A stretch of 64,000 nucleotides of DNA, from positions 33,604,001 to 33,668,000 of the forward strand of contig NC_073384.1 in assembly GCF_028641065.1 (NCBI RefSeq), given 5' to 3'. The stretch is from Leucoraja erinacea. Its lineage: Eukaryota. The translations under genes and the position numbers were made by a program. Of the stretch, positions 12,702 to 25,006 are shown piece by piece (the stretch's first letter is position 1; each line of letters opens with the position of its first letter). Below the pieces are notes generated by a model that saw only the letters and a list, made by a program, of their open reading frames with translations, searched no databases and had not been told where the DNA came from.

Positions 12702-13712
12702 TGAGAGATATATATATACACACACACACACATACAGAAAACTTGTTTTGTTGTTCAGCATGAGTTTTACCAAATACTATGTTTACATATCTGTTGTGCT
12801 GCTGCAAGGAAGAATTTCATTGTTCCGTTTCAGGATATATGACAATAAAACACTCTTGAACTTGAACCTGTACAGATGGAGGAAAAAGGGTGGACTTTTG
12901 AGACAATAGGGAAAGGTTGCCAGGTAGCAAGAATAATAAAACAATATCAGTTTTCTGAACGTGACTGAAGTTAGGGGATAATTGCAGTTTCCTGCAAAGC
13001 TCTGCTCATGAGGCTGGGCCTAGTAACAGTGATGATCACTGTTTGCGGATGGGTTCTTATTTTGTCAGTTCTGTCCTTCAGAAGAGCCAGCATGAGGGGA
13101 GGGTCTCTCCTTGTCCCAAGATGGTGCCGGAGCGCAGCGACTCTGTGTGCTCTTCCCAGAGGATGTACTTTCATCGCTCTTGTCCCCTGAAGCCCATTGG
13201 TGTCTACTGCCTCTCCTGCCCCTCTCCACCATTGTACACTGCTGCCACCCATTCCCACTGTCGTTTGGAAGGTCATGGGTTCAAATGCCAAGCAAGTGAG
13301 TTCAGCGCATAGCTCAGGCTGATACTCCAGTGCAGTGCTGTCGATAGGTGGAATTTCCGAAGTATTCTCAATTTCATAAGATGTAAAACGTACGCCTACT
13401 CCACCCTTTTTTGGACCCAAAAGTACTTATCTCCATTCCAAATATCAAAGACTAGAGGGCAAAGGCGAGAGAGGAAAAGCTTAAAGGAGATGCGCTGAGT
13501 TCCTCCAGCACATTGTGTTTTGCTTCAGATTCCTGTATTTGCAGTTCTTTTTGTACCCATATATTGATCTGGACATTACACCCATGTTACAGATAAGTGG
13601 CAAGGTAAAGCAAGATTATTTTTTTGTTCCAAACTGATGGAAGAAAATGCAACTCTCAACTGGCACTTTGTGAATGAAACCACATCTCCTGTACACACCA
13701 GCACAAGCTCAC

Positions 13713-13842
13713 CTGTTGGGAAAGTTCCTTTCTGTAATCCTGGAGGAAATTCTCCCCATCATCTTCCAACATGTCCGCTGCACTGGGCGGCAGGTACTCG
13801 ACTAGAAACACCTTCGTCACCACACCGCTCTCCCGACCATCT
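13713..13842 (-). CDS. DZANK1: DZANK1 coding exon 3 (DGRESGVVTKVFLVEYLPP...ELSQQ)
   Basis: Matches DZANK1 DCRQSGIVTKVFHVDYEPP; AG acceptor, GTGAG donor; phase 2 to 0. Confidence 0.9.
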
Positions 13843-14684
13843 CTATAAAAGTCACAGATGAAAAACACTTTGTACAGTAGTCTTGAGAAGGATGGTACAA
13901 TATAGAAACAAGGAACTGCTGATACTGATTTACAAAGTACTGGAGTATCTCAGCGGATCAGGCAGCATCTCTGGAGATAGCCAAGTTGGAGAACATGGAA
14001 TTTGCATTAAATGTAGTACTCTTTATCCTTTATCTGTACACTGTGGACAGTTTGATTGTAATCATGTATTGTTTTTTTTTTAAAAAACTGGATAGCACGC
14101 TCAAAAGCTTTTCACTGACCTTGGTACGCATGACAATAATAAACTAAACTAAGTGACATTTTGGGCACAGTGTTACAGTAAACCAGCAGGTCAGGCAGCC
14201 CGAAATCTCACATATCCATGTTCTCCAGAGATGCTGCCTGACCCGCTGAATTACTCCAGCACTTAGAATGTTACAATACAGTACTTCATTAGGACAAGGG
14301 GGAACCAGGAAATGGGCAGATAAAATGATGTTTAAAATCTAATGCAGCATGTGTAATAATATAATTTGTAGGGTGAAAACTTAAATTTAAAGTAGTAGAA
14401 GAAAAACGAAAGTATATATTTTTTACCACAGAGGGTGGTGAGTGCATGGAACACACTGCCAGGGGTGATGGTGGAGGCAGATACAATAGATAGGCTCATG
14501 GATATGCTAGAAAGGAGGGATATCAATCATGTACAAGCAGATGAGATCAGTTTAATGTTCCGCACAAACAATGGGGGCCGAATGGCCCGTTCCTGTGCTG
14601 TAATGTTCTATGTTAAACAATTTCAGGATTTATACTTTTTGATCCTACTTTCTAGTTTTCATGGCAGATACTTTGTTGGTTTAC

Positions 14685-14838
14685 CTAGAGACAGCCAGAG
14701 CTTTCACAGTCCCTTTGCCTGCTGGCAATGTGAACGGTCTTCTGTACTTGAAGGTGGAGCTGTGCCCTTTGCTTGGTTTCTTTAGGGGTTGAGGTCGGCT
14801 GCCACTTACGGTGTAGAAAATGTCTACATTTTGAGTGT
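14685..14838 (-). CDS. DZANK1: DZANK1 coding exon 2 (DTQNVDIFYTVSGSRPQP...TFKYRRPFTLPAGKGTVKALAVSR)
   Basis: Matches DTPDVNIYYTLDGSKP...[24 protein letters not shown]; 154 nt, phase 1 to 2. Confidence 0.9.
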
Positions 14839-15712
14839 CTGTTAAATATAAAGTTAAATAACTTAAGAAAGGAGCTTGTGGCTGTAAATAAATATATAAA
14901 TATTTTCGGCCACTTTCGAGTGGAAAGCTGGATTGTCTTCTTCAGAGCAAAGAAGATGGCAAAGAAAGTTAGGGAAGAAAATAGAGGGAATCACAATCAT
15001 GAGTGTTTAATTTCAGATGTACTGTCAAAGGAGCAATATTTTTTTTACTTGGAGCAGAATAGAGGACCAATGCACACAAATGTATAATAAACAAAAAAAT
15101 AATTAATTAATAGCCCCAATAATACTGCAACCTTCCATAAGCTAGAGTACTGTCGATCACCTCTACCCCATTGCGGACATTGGACTTTGTCTCTGGAACT
15201 GATACGCTACAATGCTGAGAACTATATTCTACACTCTGTATCCTGCCCTTTGCTCTATGTATTGTTCTTGTTTGACTCGATTGTATTTATGTATGGTATT
15301 ATCTGATCAGATTGGATGACATGCAAAACAAAGCTTTACACTGTACCTTGGCACACGTGACCTTAATAATATCACAAACTGTTAGTTCGCGTTGCTGGAT
15401 GTTGTAAGATTATTATCATCCAGATTGAATTTTGTAAACTTGAACCTCTTAAACACCATTCCACTATTATATCAGCCCCCATCACCATCCCTGGCAGCAC
15501 ATTCCAGGCACCCAGGCTACCGTCTGTGTAAAAACACTTCTCCTGCACATCTCCTTTAAACAAAAGGGGATAAAAGGGTGCAAAATGTTTGGATAGTAAA
15601 GTTTTTCCCTGTACCTCAGTACGGGTGACAATAATAAACTTCAACCCACAAAGAAAGCATGTACATGCCCTCCCTTGTATTTTTTGGCTTGCCCCCAGCT
15701 TCTGTTCTCTTA

Positions 15713-15910
<198 letters not shown>

Positions 15911-15999
15911 CTATTAATTCCACTCAGCTTGGCCAGAGGGAACTGCTGACAACAAAGAGAGGATATCACTCACAAACATTTAACAGCTCACTTCCTCCC

Positions 16000-16520
16000 T
16001 CTCCAACCCTACACACCCTCTCCCCTACCCCTCCAGCCCCACTTCCCCTCCAACCCCACACTCCCTCCCTCTCCAGCCTCACTCACTCCGACCCCGACCC
16101 ACTCACCCCCTTCAGCGCCACTCACCCCCTTCCCTCTCCAGCCCCCCCCCCCTCCCTCTCCAGCCCCACTCACCTCTCCAGCCCACCTAGCCCCCCCCTC
16201 TCCAGCCCACTCACCCCACCCCTCCCCTACCCCCACCCACTCACCCCCCTCCCTCTCCAGTCCCACTCACCCTCTCCAGCCCCCACTCACCCCCTCCCCT
16301 CCCAGCCCCACTCACCCCCACCAGCTCCACTCACCCCTCCCCCTTCCCTCTCCAGCCCCACTCACCCCTCCCCTACCCTGACCCACTCATCCCCCTCCCC
16401 CCTCCATTCCCCTTCACCCCCACAGCCCCTCTCTCTCCAGCCCCCCACACCCCCTCCAGCTCCACTCACCCCCCCCTCCAGCCACCCCCTCACTCACCCT
16501 CTCCAGCCCCACTCACCCCC
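16000..16520. repeat. C-rich minisatellite (CCAGCCCCACTCACCCCC)n; G-rich on the DZANK1 sense strand
   Basis: Visible degenerate tandem units. Confidence 0.8.
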
Positions 16521-16761
16521 TCCAGCGCCGTCACTTCTCCGCTTCGCTGCCACCAGCAACCAAAGACCTTTGCCAGCAACGGCACAACACGCCTCCGCCT
16601 CTGATTGCCTGGCCATGGTCGCTGTGACGACCCACCCGAGCCAATCCGATCGCCTCTTACAGCGACGCCAGCAACCGGCGGCGTGCATGGATACCGCGCC
16701 TGCGCACTGCGAGCCGCGATTGCACCCTAGATAGACACAAACAAACAAACTAGATCATCTT

Positions 16762-17014
16762 AGGTACACAAAAAAGCTGGAGAAACTCAGCGGGTGCAGC
16801 AGCATCTATGGAGCGAAGGAAATAGGCGGCGTTTCGGGCCGAAACCCTTCTTCAGATTGAAGAATATTCCACCACTCACACTCAGACTGAAGAAGGGTTT
16901 CGGCCCGAAACGTCGCCTATTTCCTTCGCTCCATAGATGCTGCTGCACCCGCTGAGTTTCTCCAGCATTTTTGTGTACCTTCGATCTTCCAGCATCTGCA
17001 GTTCCTTCTTGAAC
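16762..17014. mobile_element. Penelope-derived fold-back (inverted pLTR) element with hammerhead-like cores
   Basis: About 95-bp inverted arms; TSD AACTAGATCATCTT (16748-16761, 17015-17028). Confidence 0.75.
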
Positions 17015-17987
17015 AACTAGATCATCTTTTAGCGCTATCGTGTACCTTTAGGCGTAATTTCCAAATCACACTCAGACACACAGACACGGATACTAGATCG
17101 TCTAGTATCTTTGGACACAAAAAGCTGGAGCACAAAAAAAACCCGGAGATTCAGGGGAGAGGGAAACTAGAGATGTGGAAGCAGAAGGTGTGTAAACAGT
17201 CGAGCTGTCTCCTCCCACCCCCCCGCCCTTGGGCTCCTCCTCCTCCCTTTTTCCTTCCTTCACCCCCCATCAGGCATGAACATTGAATTCTCCCAATTTT
17301 GCTAGCCCTTGCTGCCTCCTACCCTTCCTTAACCCTAGCTATCACCCCCCCCGCCCTCGGGCTCCTCCTCCTCCCTTTTTTCCTTCCTTCTCCCCCCCCC
17401 CCATCAGTCTGAAGAAGGGGAAGGCCCGAAACGTCGCCTATTTCCTTCGCTCCATAGATGCTGTGAAAAGCTGAGTTTCTCCAGCATTTTTAAAGTAAAA
17501 ATATCGTGAATCTGTCGTTTTCACATTAACATCTCCAGGGCTCCCTCTCCCCTGACTTACGTCTAAGAAGAGTCTCGATCCAAAACGCCACCCATTCCTT
17601 CTATCCAGATATGCTGCCGGTCCCGCTGAGTTACTCCAGCATTTTGGGTCTTTCTTCCCTACTCCAGAGAATGGTTGCGGTCAATGGGATTAAGGGTTAG
17701 ACAGGGCTATGGGTTAGGGCTCTTCAGCTCAACTAGCCCATGATTCTCCTTACAACAATGTAACAAATCTTTCATTGCACTGGGAGGGCTGTCATTTGGT
17801 AACATTGTAACGGGCAGGGCAAATGGACTGCGGGTGCTAAAATATACCATCAAGGCCCCGACCACAAGACAATGGTTAGTAAGGGGGGGGAAAATTGTAG
17901 CGCTATCGTGGACTTTGGTGCATAATTTCCAAATCACCTTGGTGCACATTTGCATACTAACAAACAAGTGAGAGTTTTAGTAATATA

Positions 17988-20260
17988 CTAGACCAAGTGT
18001 GACCCATTGGGTCCCGCTCCCACAACACAATATTCCACCACTTTCCCCCCAATGCAAATTTTTCCACCATTCACCCATTTCCCAACTACGCATGCGAGGG
18101 TCATTTCCCCTCATCCCCCAGCACTCCCTCCCCCTCCTCGTCACCCTCCATCTTTTTTCCCCTCTCCACGTCCCCCACTCCCTCCCTCACCTCTCCCTCC
18201 CTCTCCTTTTCCCTACCCTCAGTCACGCCCTCCCTCCCTCCCGCCATAACCCCTCTCCCCACCCTACCCCCTCCTCTCCCTCTATCTCCCTGCTCATTGC
18301 ACTGGGAGTCCTGTCATTTGTAACATTGTAACGGGCAGGAGCAGGGGAAGTGGAATTGGATTATTTAAAAGTGAAAAGTATAAAAGTTTTAAAGTATAAA
18401 ATGTGAATAACATAAAATCAGGGCCGGATTTACGTATAAGGTTCACAAGCTTAAGCTTAGGTCCTCGAGATCTAGGAGGGTCTCGGCAGGGCCGGATTTA
18501 CCTATAGGACATCAAAATCTAGGGGACCTCCGGCCAAGGTGTTTTTTTCCCCAGAGTAAAAAACATCCAGAGAAAAGAAAAAATTGGAGCGGTATCAGCG
18601 TTTTCACTTTGGACGGAAATTACCAGAAATTCAGGTGCTGGCCCGATGGAAGTTTTGGGGGGGAAAATTGCGACCATCCGCGCCTGCACAGTTGGGGGAA
18701 GCCGGTGACGCAGTAGCGATGCAGAATGACGCTGTCTCTCCTCGCGTGCACAGTGGGCCTGGGCGGGTTCAGATCTCCATTTGCACTCCACACAATCACC
18801 TCGATGCCTCGTGTCTACCAAAGATCCTAGGTGTCTACTCCAGGTAAGTAGTGGAATATTGCGTTGTGGGAATGCCCGTTTCTCCGGGCCAGGGGGAGCT
18901 GCGGTGTCTGCGGCGCGGAGACGGAGCCTCGTGCATGGGAGGGGGAGGGGAGGGAGAGAGGAGAGAGGGGGGGATTGTGAGAGGGGGAAAGGGGGTTGNN
19001 NNNNNNNNNNNNNNNNNNNNNNNNNNNNNNNNNNNNNNNNNNNNNNNNNNNNNNNNNNNNNNNNNNNNNNNNNNNNNNNNNNNNNNNNNNNNNNNNNNNN
19101 NNNNNNNNNNNNNNNNNNNNNNNNNNNNNNNNNNNNNNNNNNGGGATTATCTTCTGTGAGATTGCAAAATTAAGGTAGGTTTTAGAGCAATTATATTTTT
19201 TTCTCCATATGAATAATATCAAACAATTGGAACTGCTTTGTTTTCCTTGATAACAATACCGAAAACATATGTATTCCACAGTTTGCGACTTTCATTTTGC
19301 ATCATATTTTTAATGTGCACACACTAACACAGTCGAACAGTAACAGGCAATCAAATCAACACACAAAAAAAGGTTTTATTTACTGCAAAAACTTACAGTA
19401 TTTTATTTGCAGTGTTTGCATGCTGCTTTATAACATTTTACATAACATTTTACAGTACAACTTGATTATTAAAACAAGGACAGCTTCAATTCTTGATTTA
19501 AAAAAAATGTATACAACAATGATCCCAATCATCCCATTCCAACCACTCATTACTCTTCACTCAACCAAAATTATTTCTGAAATATTGGTCATAAATTTAG
19601 TGCAAAAATACTCCAAAATAAGGCTCAGAGTGCACCAGAGAGCATATAAAACCCCGGCTGCAAGGGTCTTTGAGCTTCACGCTTGTGATATGCGCTGCAT
19701 GCACTTATTTCACATGAAATTTTTGTAATCCTGCCATGCCACCCCCCTTTTTGAAAAGCTTCGTATGGGCCTGGTGTATAATATTTTTGATACTGTTATA
19801 GGCCTTTCCTACATATGCTGTCACAACGTACTGTAGTCTCTAAACAACACCAGTAATTTTCCTTGCCCTCCATTTCAGAATAATAGTGTTTGAAGCTGAT
19901 AACTTGACATTAGCACTGGCAATAAATAAAAAGCGTAGCTTTCCAGCCCTTATCTCATTGGCTATGTTCGGCTGCACATCGGTGTCAATCTGGTGGACTC
20001 TTCCATCTTCCTCTCGTCATGGGCGTGGGGGATTGGGAGGGGCCTCACAAGTGGAATAGCCTAGGGCCTCTCTTCATCTAAATCCGGCCCTGCGTGAAAT
20101 ATAACATCAGTCAGAACGAAACTTGGCTAATGCACGCCATGGGACAATGGTGAGTAAGGTGGGCCAAAAATTGTAACGCTATTGCGTACCGTTTTGGCGT
20201 AATGTCAGGACCACACTCATCCCAGACATACTCACAGACACACAAACAAGATGATAGATA
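17988..20260 (-). mobile_element. Non-autonomous Helitron containing a nested hAT element
   Basis: CTAG 3' end plus GACCCATTGGGTC hairpin at 17988-18013; family 5'-end sequence (GGTGAGTAAGGTGGGCCAAAAATTGTA) at about 20150-20260; right boundary approximate. Confidence 0.6.
18419..20092. mobile_element. hAT non-autonomous element
   Basis: Perfect 14-bp TIR CAGGGCCGGATTTA/TAAATCCGGCCCTG; 8-bp flanks CATAAAAT/CGTGAAAT (6/8 identical); extra internal TIR copy at about 18487. Confidence 0.8.
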
Positions 20261-20919
20261 GAGATAGTCAGATAGACAGACAGACCAAACATGGGCAGAT
20301 GAGATGTAGATGGGGCATCTTGATTGTCATGGGCAAATTGGGCCNNNNNNNNNNNNNNNNNNNNNNNNNNNNNNNNNNNNNNNNNNNNNNNNNNNNNNNN
20401 NNNNNNNNNNNNNNNNNNNNNNNNNNNNNNNNNNNNNNNNNNNNNNNNNNNNNNNNNNNNNNNNNNNNNNNNNNNNNNNNNNNNNNNNNNNNNNNNNNNN
20501 NNNNNNNNNNNNCAGCATCTCTGGAGAACATGAATAGGTGACATTACGTGTCGGGACCCCTCTTCAGACTGAGTGTGGCCTGATTACGGTCACAGTCACA
20601 GAGGCCGATGTCATAAGATCTTTCAAGTCAAGTCAGGTTTATTTGTCACATACACATACGAGATGTGCAGTGAAATGAAAGTGGCAATGCTCGCGGACTT
20701 TTGTGCAAAAAGACAAACAACCAAACAAACTATAAACACAATCATAACATACATATTCTTTTACATAATAAATAATGGAAGGAAAAACGTTCAGTAGAGT
20801 TAGTCCCTGGTGAGATAGGCGTTTACAGTCCGAATGGCCTCTGGGAAGAAACTCCTTCTCAACCTCTCCATTCTCACCGCATGGCAATGGAGGCATTTGC
20901 CTGACCGTAGCAGCTGAAA

Positions 20920-22450
20920 CCCTTGGAATGAGCCTGGACCTGATGGTATACCCGGTCGAGTTCTCAAAACCTGTGCAGACCAACTGGCTGGAGTTTTTGC
21001 AGACATTTTGAACCTGAGGACTGAGGTTCCCATCTGCTTTAAGAGGGCATCAATAATACCGGTGCCCAAGAAGAGTAAGGTGACGTGCCTCAACGACTAT
21101 TGACTAGCGGCACTAACGTCGGTGGTGATGAAGTGGTTTGAGAGGCTGGTTATGATGCATATCAACTCCTACCTCGACAAGAACCTTGACCCACTACAAT
21201 TCGCCTACCGCCACAACAGGTCAACGGAGGATGTGACCTCACTGGCTCTCCACTCCGCATTGGACCACTTGGACAATAAAAACACATAAGTGAGGCTGCT
21301 GTTTATTGACTACAGCTCAGCGTTCAATACCATCATCCCCTCCAAGCTGGTTACCAAGCTTACGGTCTATGCGCATCCCTCTGCAATTGGATCCTTGACT
21401 TCCTCATCCACAGATCAGTCGACCATCTGTTTGAATTGACAGAAACACTTCATCCTCAGTAACAATCAGTATGGGAGCACCTCAATAGCTGTATTCTCAG
21501 CCCCCTGCTTTACTCACTCTATACTCATGACTATGTAGCCGGACATAGTGCGAACTCCATCATCAAGTTCACCGACGAATTACAGATGGTGACAAGTCAG
21601 AGTATAGAAATGAGATCGACCAATTGACCAAATGGTGCCAGCACAACAACCTGGCTCTCAACACCAGTAAAACCAAGGAACTGATTGTGGACTTTGGTAG
21701 AGGAAGGATGAGAACTCACAATCCTGTTTACATCAACGGGTACATCCAACGATGGTGGAGAGGGTCAAAAACGTCAAATTCCTGGGTATGCATATTTTCA
21801 AAGATCTTTCCTGGTCCCAGCACACTAATGCAATTATGAAGAAGGCACGTCAATGCCTTTACTTCCTGCGAAGACTACGGAGATTTGGGATGTCAACGAG
21901 GATTCTCTTGAACTTCTACAGGTGGACAGTAGAGAACATACTGACTGGTTGCATCATGGCCTGGTTCGGCAATTTGAACGTCCAGGAACGAAATAGACTG
22001 CAAAAAGTTGTGACCATTGCCCAGTCCATCACCAGCTCTGACCTCCCCACCGTGGAAGGGATCTATCGAAGTTGCTGCCTCAAAAAGGCAGCCAACATCA
22101 TCAAAGACTCACACCATCCTGGCCACTCATTTCACCACTACGATCGGGAGGAAGGTACAGGAGCCTGAAAACTGTAACGTCCAGGTTCAGGAACAGCTTC
22201 TTCGCTACTGCCTACAGCTTCCCTACAGCTATTAAACACGGCACCAAATAAGCTCTGAACTGCAACAGACTATTACTATTATTGCACTATATTTGTTTAT
22301 TTATTGAGTATGTGTGGGTATGTGTATATATACACACTGAACTGTTCTTTTTTCTCTCTCGATATGTACTATGTTTACATATTCTGTTGTGCTGCAGCAA
22401 GTAAGAATTTCATTGTCCTATCTGGGACATATGACAATAAAACACTCTTG
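20920..22450 (+). mobile_element. Rex1/Babar-like LINE, degenerate RT and 3' UTR; inverted 3'-end fragment of a related family at about 20625-20915
   Basis: [68 protein letters not shown] motifs with frameshifts. Confidence 0.8.
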
Positions 22451-22679
22451 ATTCATAATCTCTGTTACGAAATAGAAAATATGATGGCCAATTCAAAGAC
22501 TGTTCAGTGGGATGAAGCATGGCCTGTTGTACACTTCACTGCCATTTCCCACTATCCGCAGCTCCTTGTGTTAAATGTATGATGGTTGTCACCACAGAAT
22601 TCACTATTTACAATAGTCAGAGATATTTTCCCAAACTGTGGTTAAAAATCAAAGATATCTTTGGTTAAAATGAACTTTA

Positions 22680-23680
22680 AAACAGCATCTGCAGCAGCCG
22701 GCGCGCCGAACGTAGCTCAGGACCGGCAGTTGTTCCCGCAGAAGGCCAGGGCAGAGGCAGAGGCTCCGGGGGAGGCGTCTCCTCGCTCCCCCTCCTCTCC
22801 CCCCCCCCCCCTCCATACTCCCCCACTACCCACCGGGTCGAAGCTTACCGGGGTAGGCCGTGTCCTGACCCCGGCAACGGACTATGAACCAAAGCTCCTC
22901 TAGGATCTTTGCTATGAACGGCGTCAGGCGAGAGGCCGGTCGCTCCCAGGCGTCAGCAAAGATCGTCAGCGAGGCTGAGCGGTGGGGTGAGGAAAGCCCC
23001 CTGAGGCCAGGAAAGAAGAGGCGGCAGGGNNNNNNNNNNNNNNNNNNNNNNNNNNNNNNNNNNNNNNNNNNNNNNNNNNNNNNNNNNNNNNNNNNNNNNN
23101 NNNNNNNNNNNNNNNNNNNNNNNNNNNNNNNNNNNNNNNNNNNNNNNNNNNNNNNNNNNNNNNNNNNNNNNNNNNNNNNNNNNNNNNNNNNNNNNNNNNN
23201 NNNNNNNNNNNNNNNNNNNNNNNNNNNNNNNNNNNNNNNNNNNNNNNNNNNNNNNNNNNNNNNNNNNNNNNNNNNNNNNNNNNNNNNNNNNNNNNNNNNN
23301 NNNNNNNNNNNNNNNNNNNNNNNNNNNNNNNNNNNNNNNNNNNNNNNNNNNNNNNNNNNNNNNNNNNNNNNNNNNNNNNNNNNNNNNNNNNNNNNNNNNN
23401 NNNNNNNNNNNNNNNNNNNNNNNNNNNNNNNNNNNNNNNNNNNNNNNNNNNNNNNNNNNNNNNNNNNNNNNNNNNNNNNNNNNNNNNNNNNNNNNNNNNN
23501 NNNNNNGACACACGCAGAGCTCCGGCTCCGACCTCAGTCCCAGCCCCAGACCCTAACTACAGCCCAAACCCTGCTCCAGAGCAGGTCCCACCCCCCGGGT
23601 CACGTTCCTGGTCCCATGCCATCATCTGTCTCAGCCCATGTCCTGACCCCAGCCCCGCTGTGATGCCCAGCAGGTGAAAC
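22680..23680. promoter_or_regulatory. CpG-rich divergent promoter region of DZANK1/POLR3F, partly in an assembly gap; putative non-coding DZANK1 exon ending at 22849
   Basis: CpG-rich; minus-strand donor CCG|GTAAGC at 22849/22848; CAGCAG acceptor-like site at 23668-23673 just before the POLR3F ATG. Confidence 0.55.
23030..23506. other. Assembly gap; others at 18999-19142 and 20345-20512
   Basis: Runs of N. Confidence 1.
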
Positions 23681-23681
23681 C

Positions 23682-23737
23682 ATGGCAGACGTGAAAGTCA
23701 AACAAGAAACTTCAGATCCTGCGGCGATGGAGAGCAG
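23682..23737 (+). CDS. POLR3F: POLR3F (RNA polymerase III subunit RPC6/C39) coding exon 1
   Basis: MADVKVKQETSDPAAMESR with Kozak accATGG; AG|GTAAAC donor. Confidence 0.9.
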
Positions 23738-24214
23738 GTAAACGCTTGTTTTGGTGTAAATGGTTCGTGAATCCGATGTCATTTTGTCAAGTTATACTTG
23801 AGGGGTGACACTGTGTAGCACATTGGTAGAGCGGCTGCCTCGCAGCTGGGTCCGATCCTGTCCTCGGGTGCTGACTACAGAGTTTACAGGTTCTCCCTGT
23901 GACCGCGTGGGTTTCCTCCGTGTGCTCCGGCTTCCCTCGGGTGCTCCGGTTTCCTCCCACATCCCAAAGAAATGCCGGGTTGTAGCTTAATTGCTCCTAG
24001 TGTGTAGGGAGTGGATGAAAAAGTGGGATGACAGAACTAGTGTGAACAGGTGATCGATGGTGGGCATGGATTCAGTGGGCCGAACGGCCTGTTATCATGC
24101 TATAGTTCTGAACTTAAACTTTGTGATGATAGAGCTAGACAGTAGCTGTGAATGTAATTTAAAGAACAACTTTTCAGTGAATTGTATCTGATGTTTCTGT
24201 GTGAGCAATATGAG

Positions 24215-24960
24215 GATGAAAGTCAAAGTCAAATTTATTCGTCACATGCGCCAACTAAGGTACAGTGAAATGAATTTGCCATGCAGCGATACAGTTAAAA
24301 AAAAGAACACACAATACACAATAGAATTTAATACAAACATCCACCACAGCATTCTTCACTGTGGTGGAAGGCAACAAAATTCAGTCAGTCCTCCTCCTTT
24401 GTTCATCCGTAGTCGGGGACATAAACCCTCCGTAGTCGCCGCTACGAACGGCCGGATGTACCAGCCCTCTCGTCGGGATGATTGAAACTCAGTCGCCTGG
24501 AGTGCCCGAAACGGCCACTTTCTTACCGGAGACACTTCAGGATGTTATAGGCCGCAGGCCGGCGGTCGAAGCTCTTCTCCGGCGATCCCCGATAAGGGAT
24601 CCCAGACTCCGCATGGTAAGTCCACGCCATGCCCGTGGCTAGAAGCTCCGCAAACCACAGCCCCCAAGATGCCAAAGTCACCAGGCCAGCGATCGGAGCA
24701 CTTCTTTCTGGCGACCACCGGCAAGGGTTCGCCCCCGCTACGCGATGGAAAAGTCCACTCTGCTGTAGCTCTGGGCCCGACCCTGGGAAAGGCCGCTCCA
24801 ATCCAAGCTGTTAGGTCGCGAGAGGGGGGGTGGAGAAGCGACATGGAAAAAGTCGCCTCTCTGTTGAAGAAGCGACTGAAAAACAGTTTCCCCGTTTTCT
24901 CCGCCACCAACTCCCACACAAGACACTCTGAAAGACACGGACTGGCATTAAGTTGGTATT
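24215..24960 (-). mobile_element. Non-autonomous GC-rich retroelement with a Rex1-like 3' tail
   Basis: Tail GTCAAAGTCAAATTTATTCGTCACATG; shares AAACATCCACCACAG and AAAAAGTCGC with 55320-56400. Confidence 0.5.
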
Positions 24961-25006
24961 TAAGTACCACTGAGATAGAACCCCCATTAACCTACCATTA
25001 TCTTTA

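Noticed and set aside
12971-13420. 149-aa minus-strand ORF as a DZANK1 exon
   Set aside because: No recognisable similarity, partly SINE-like; the 11547-11646 exon already bridges the phases.
18781-23663. ORFs with long X runs
   Set aside because: Artefacts of N gaps.
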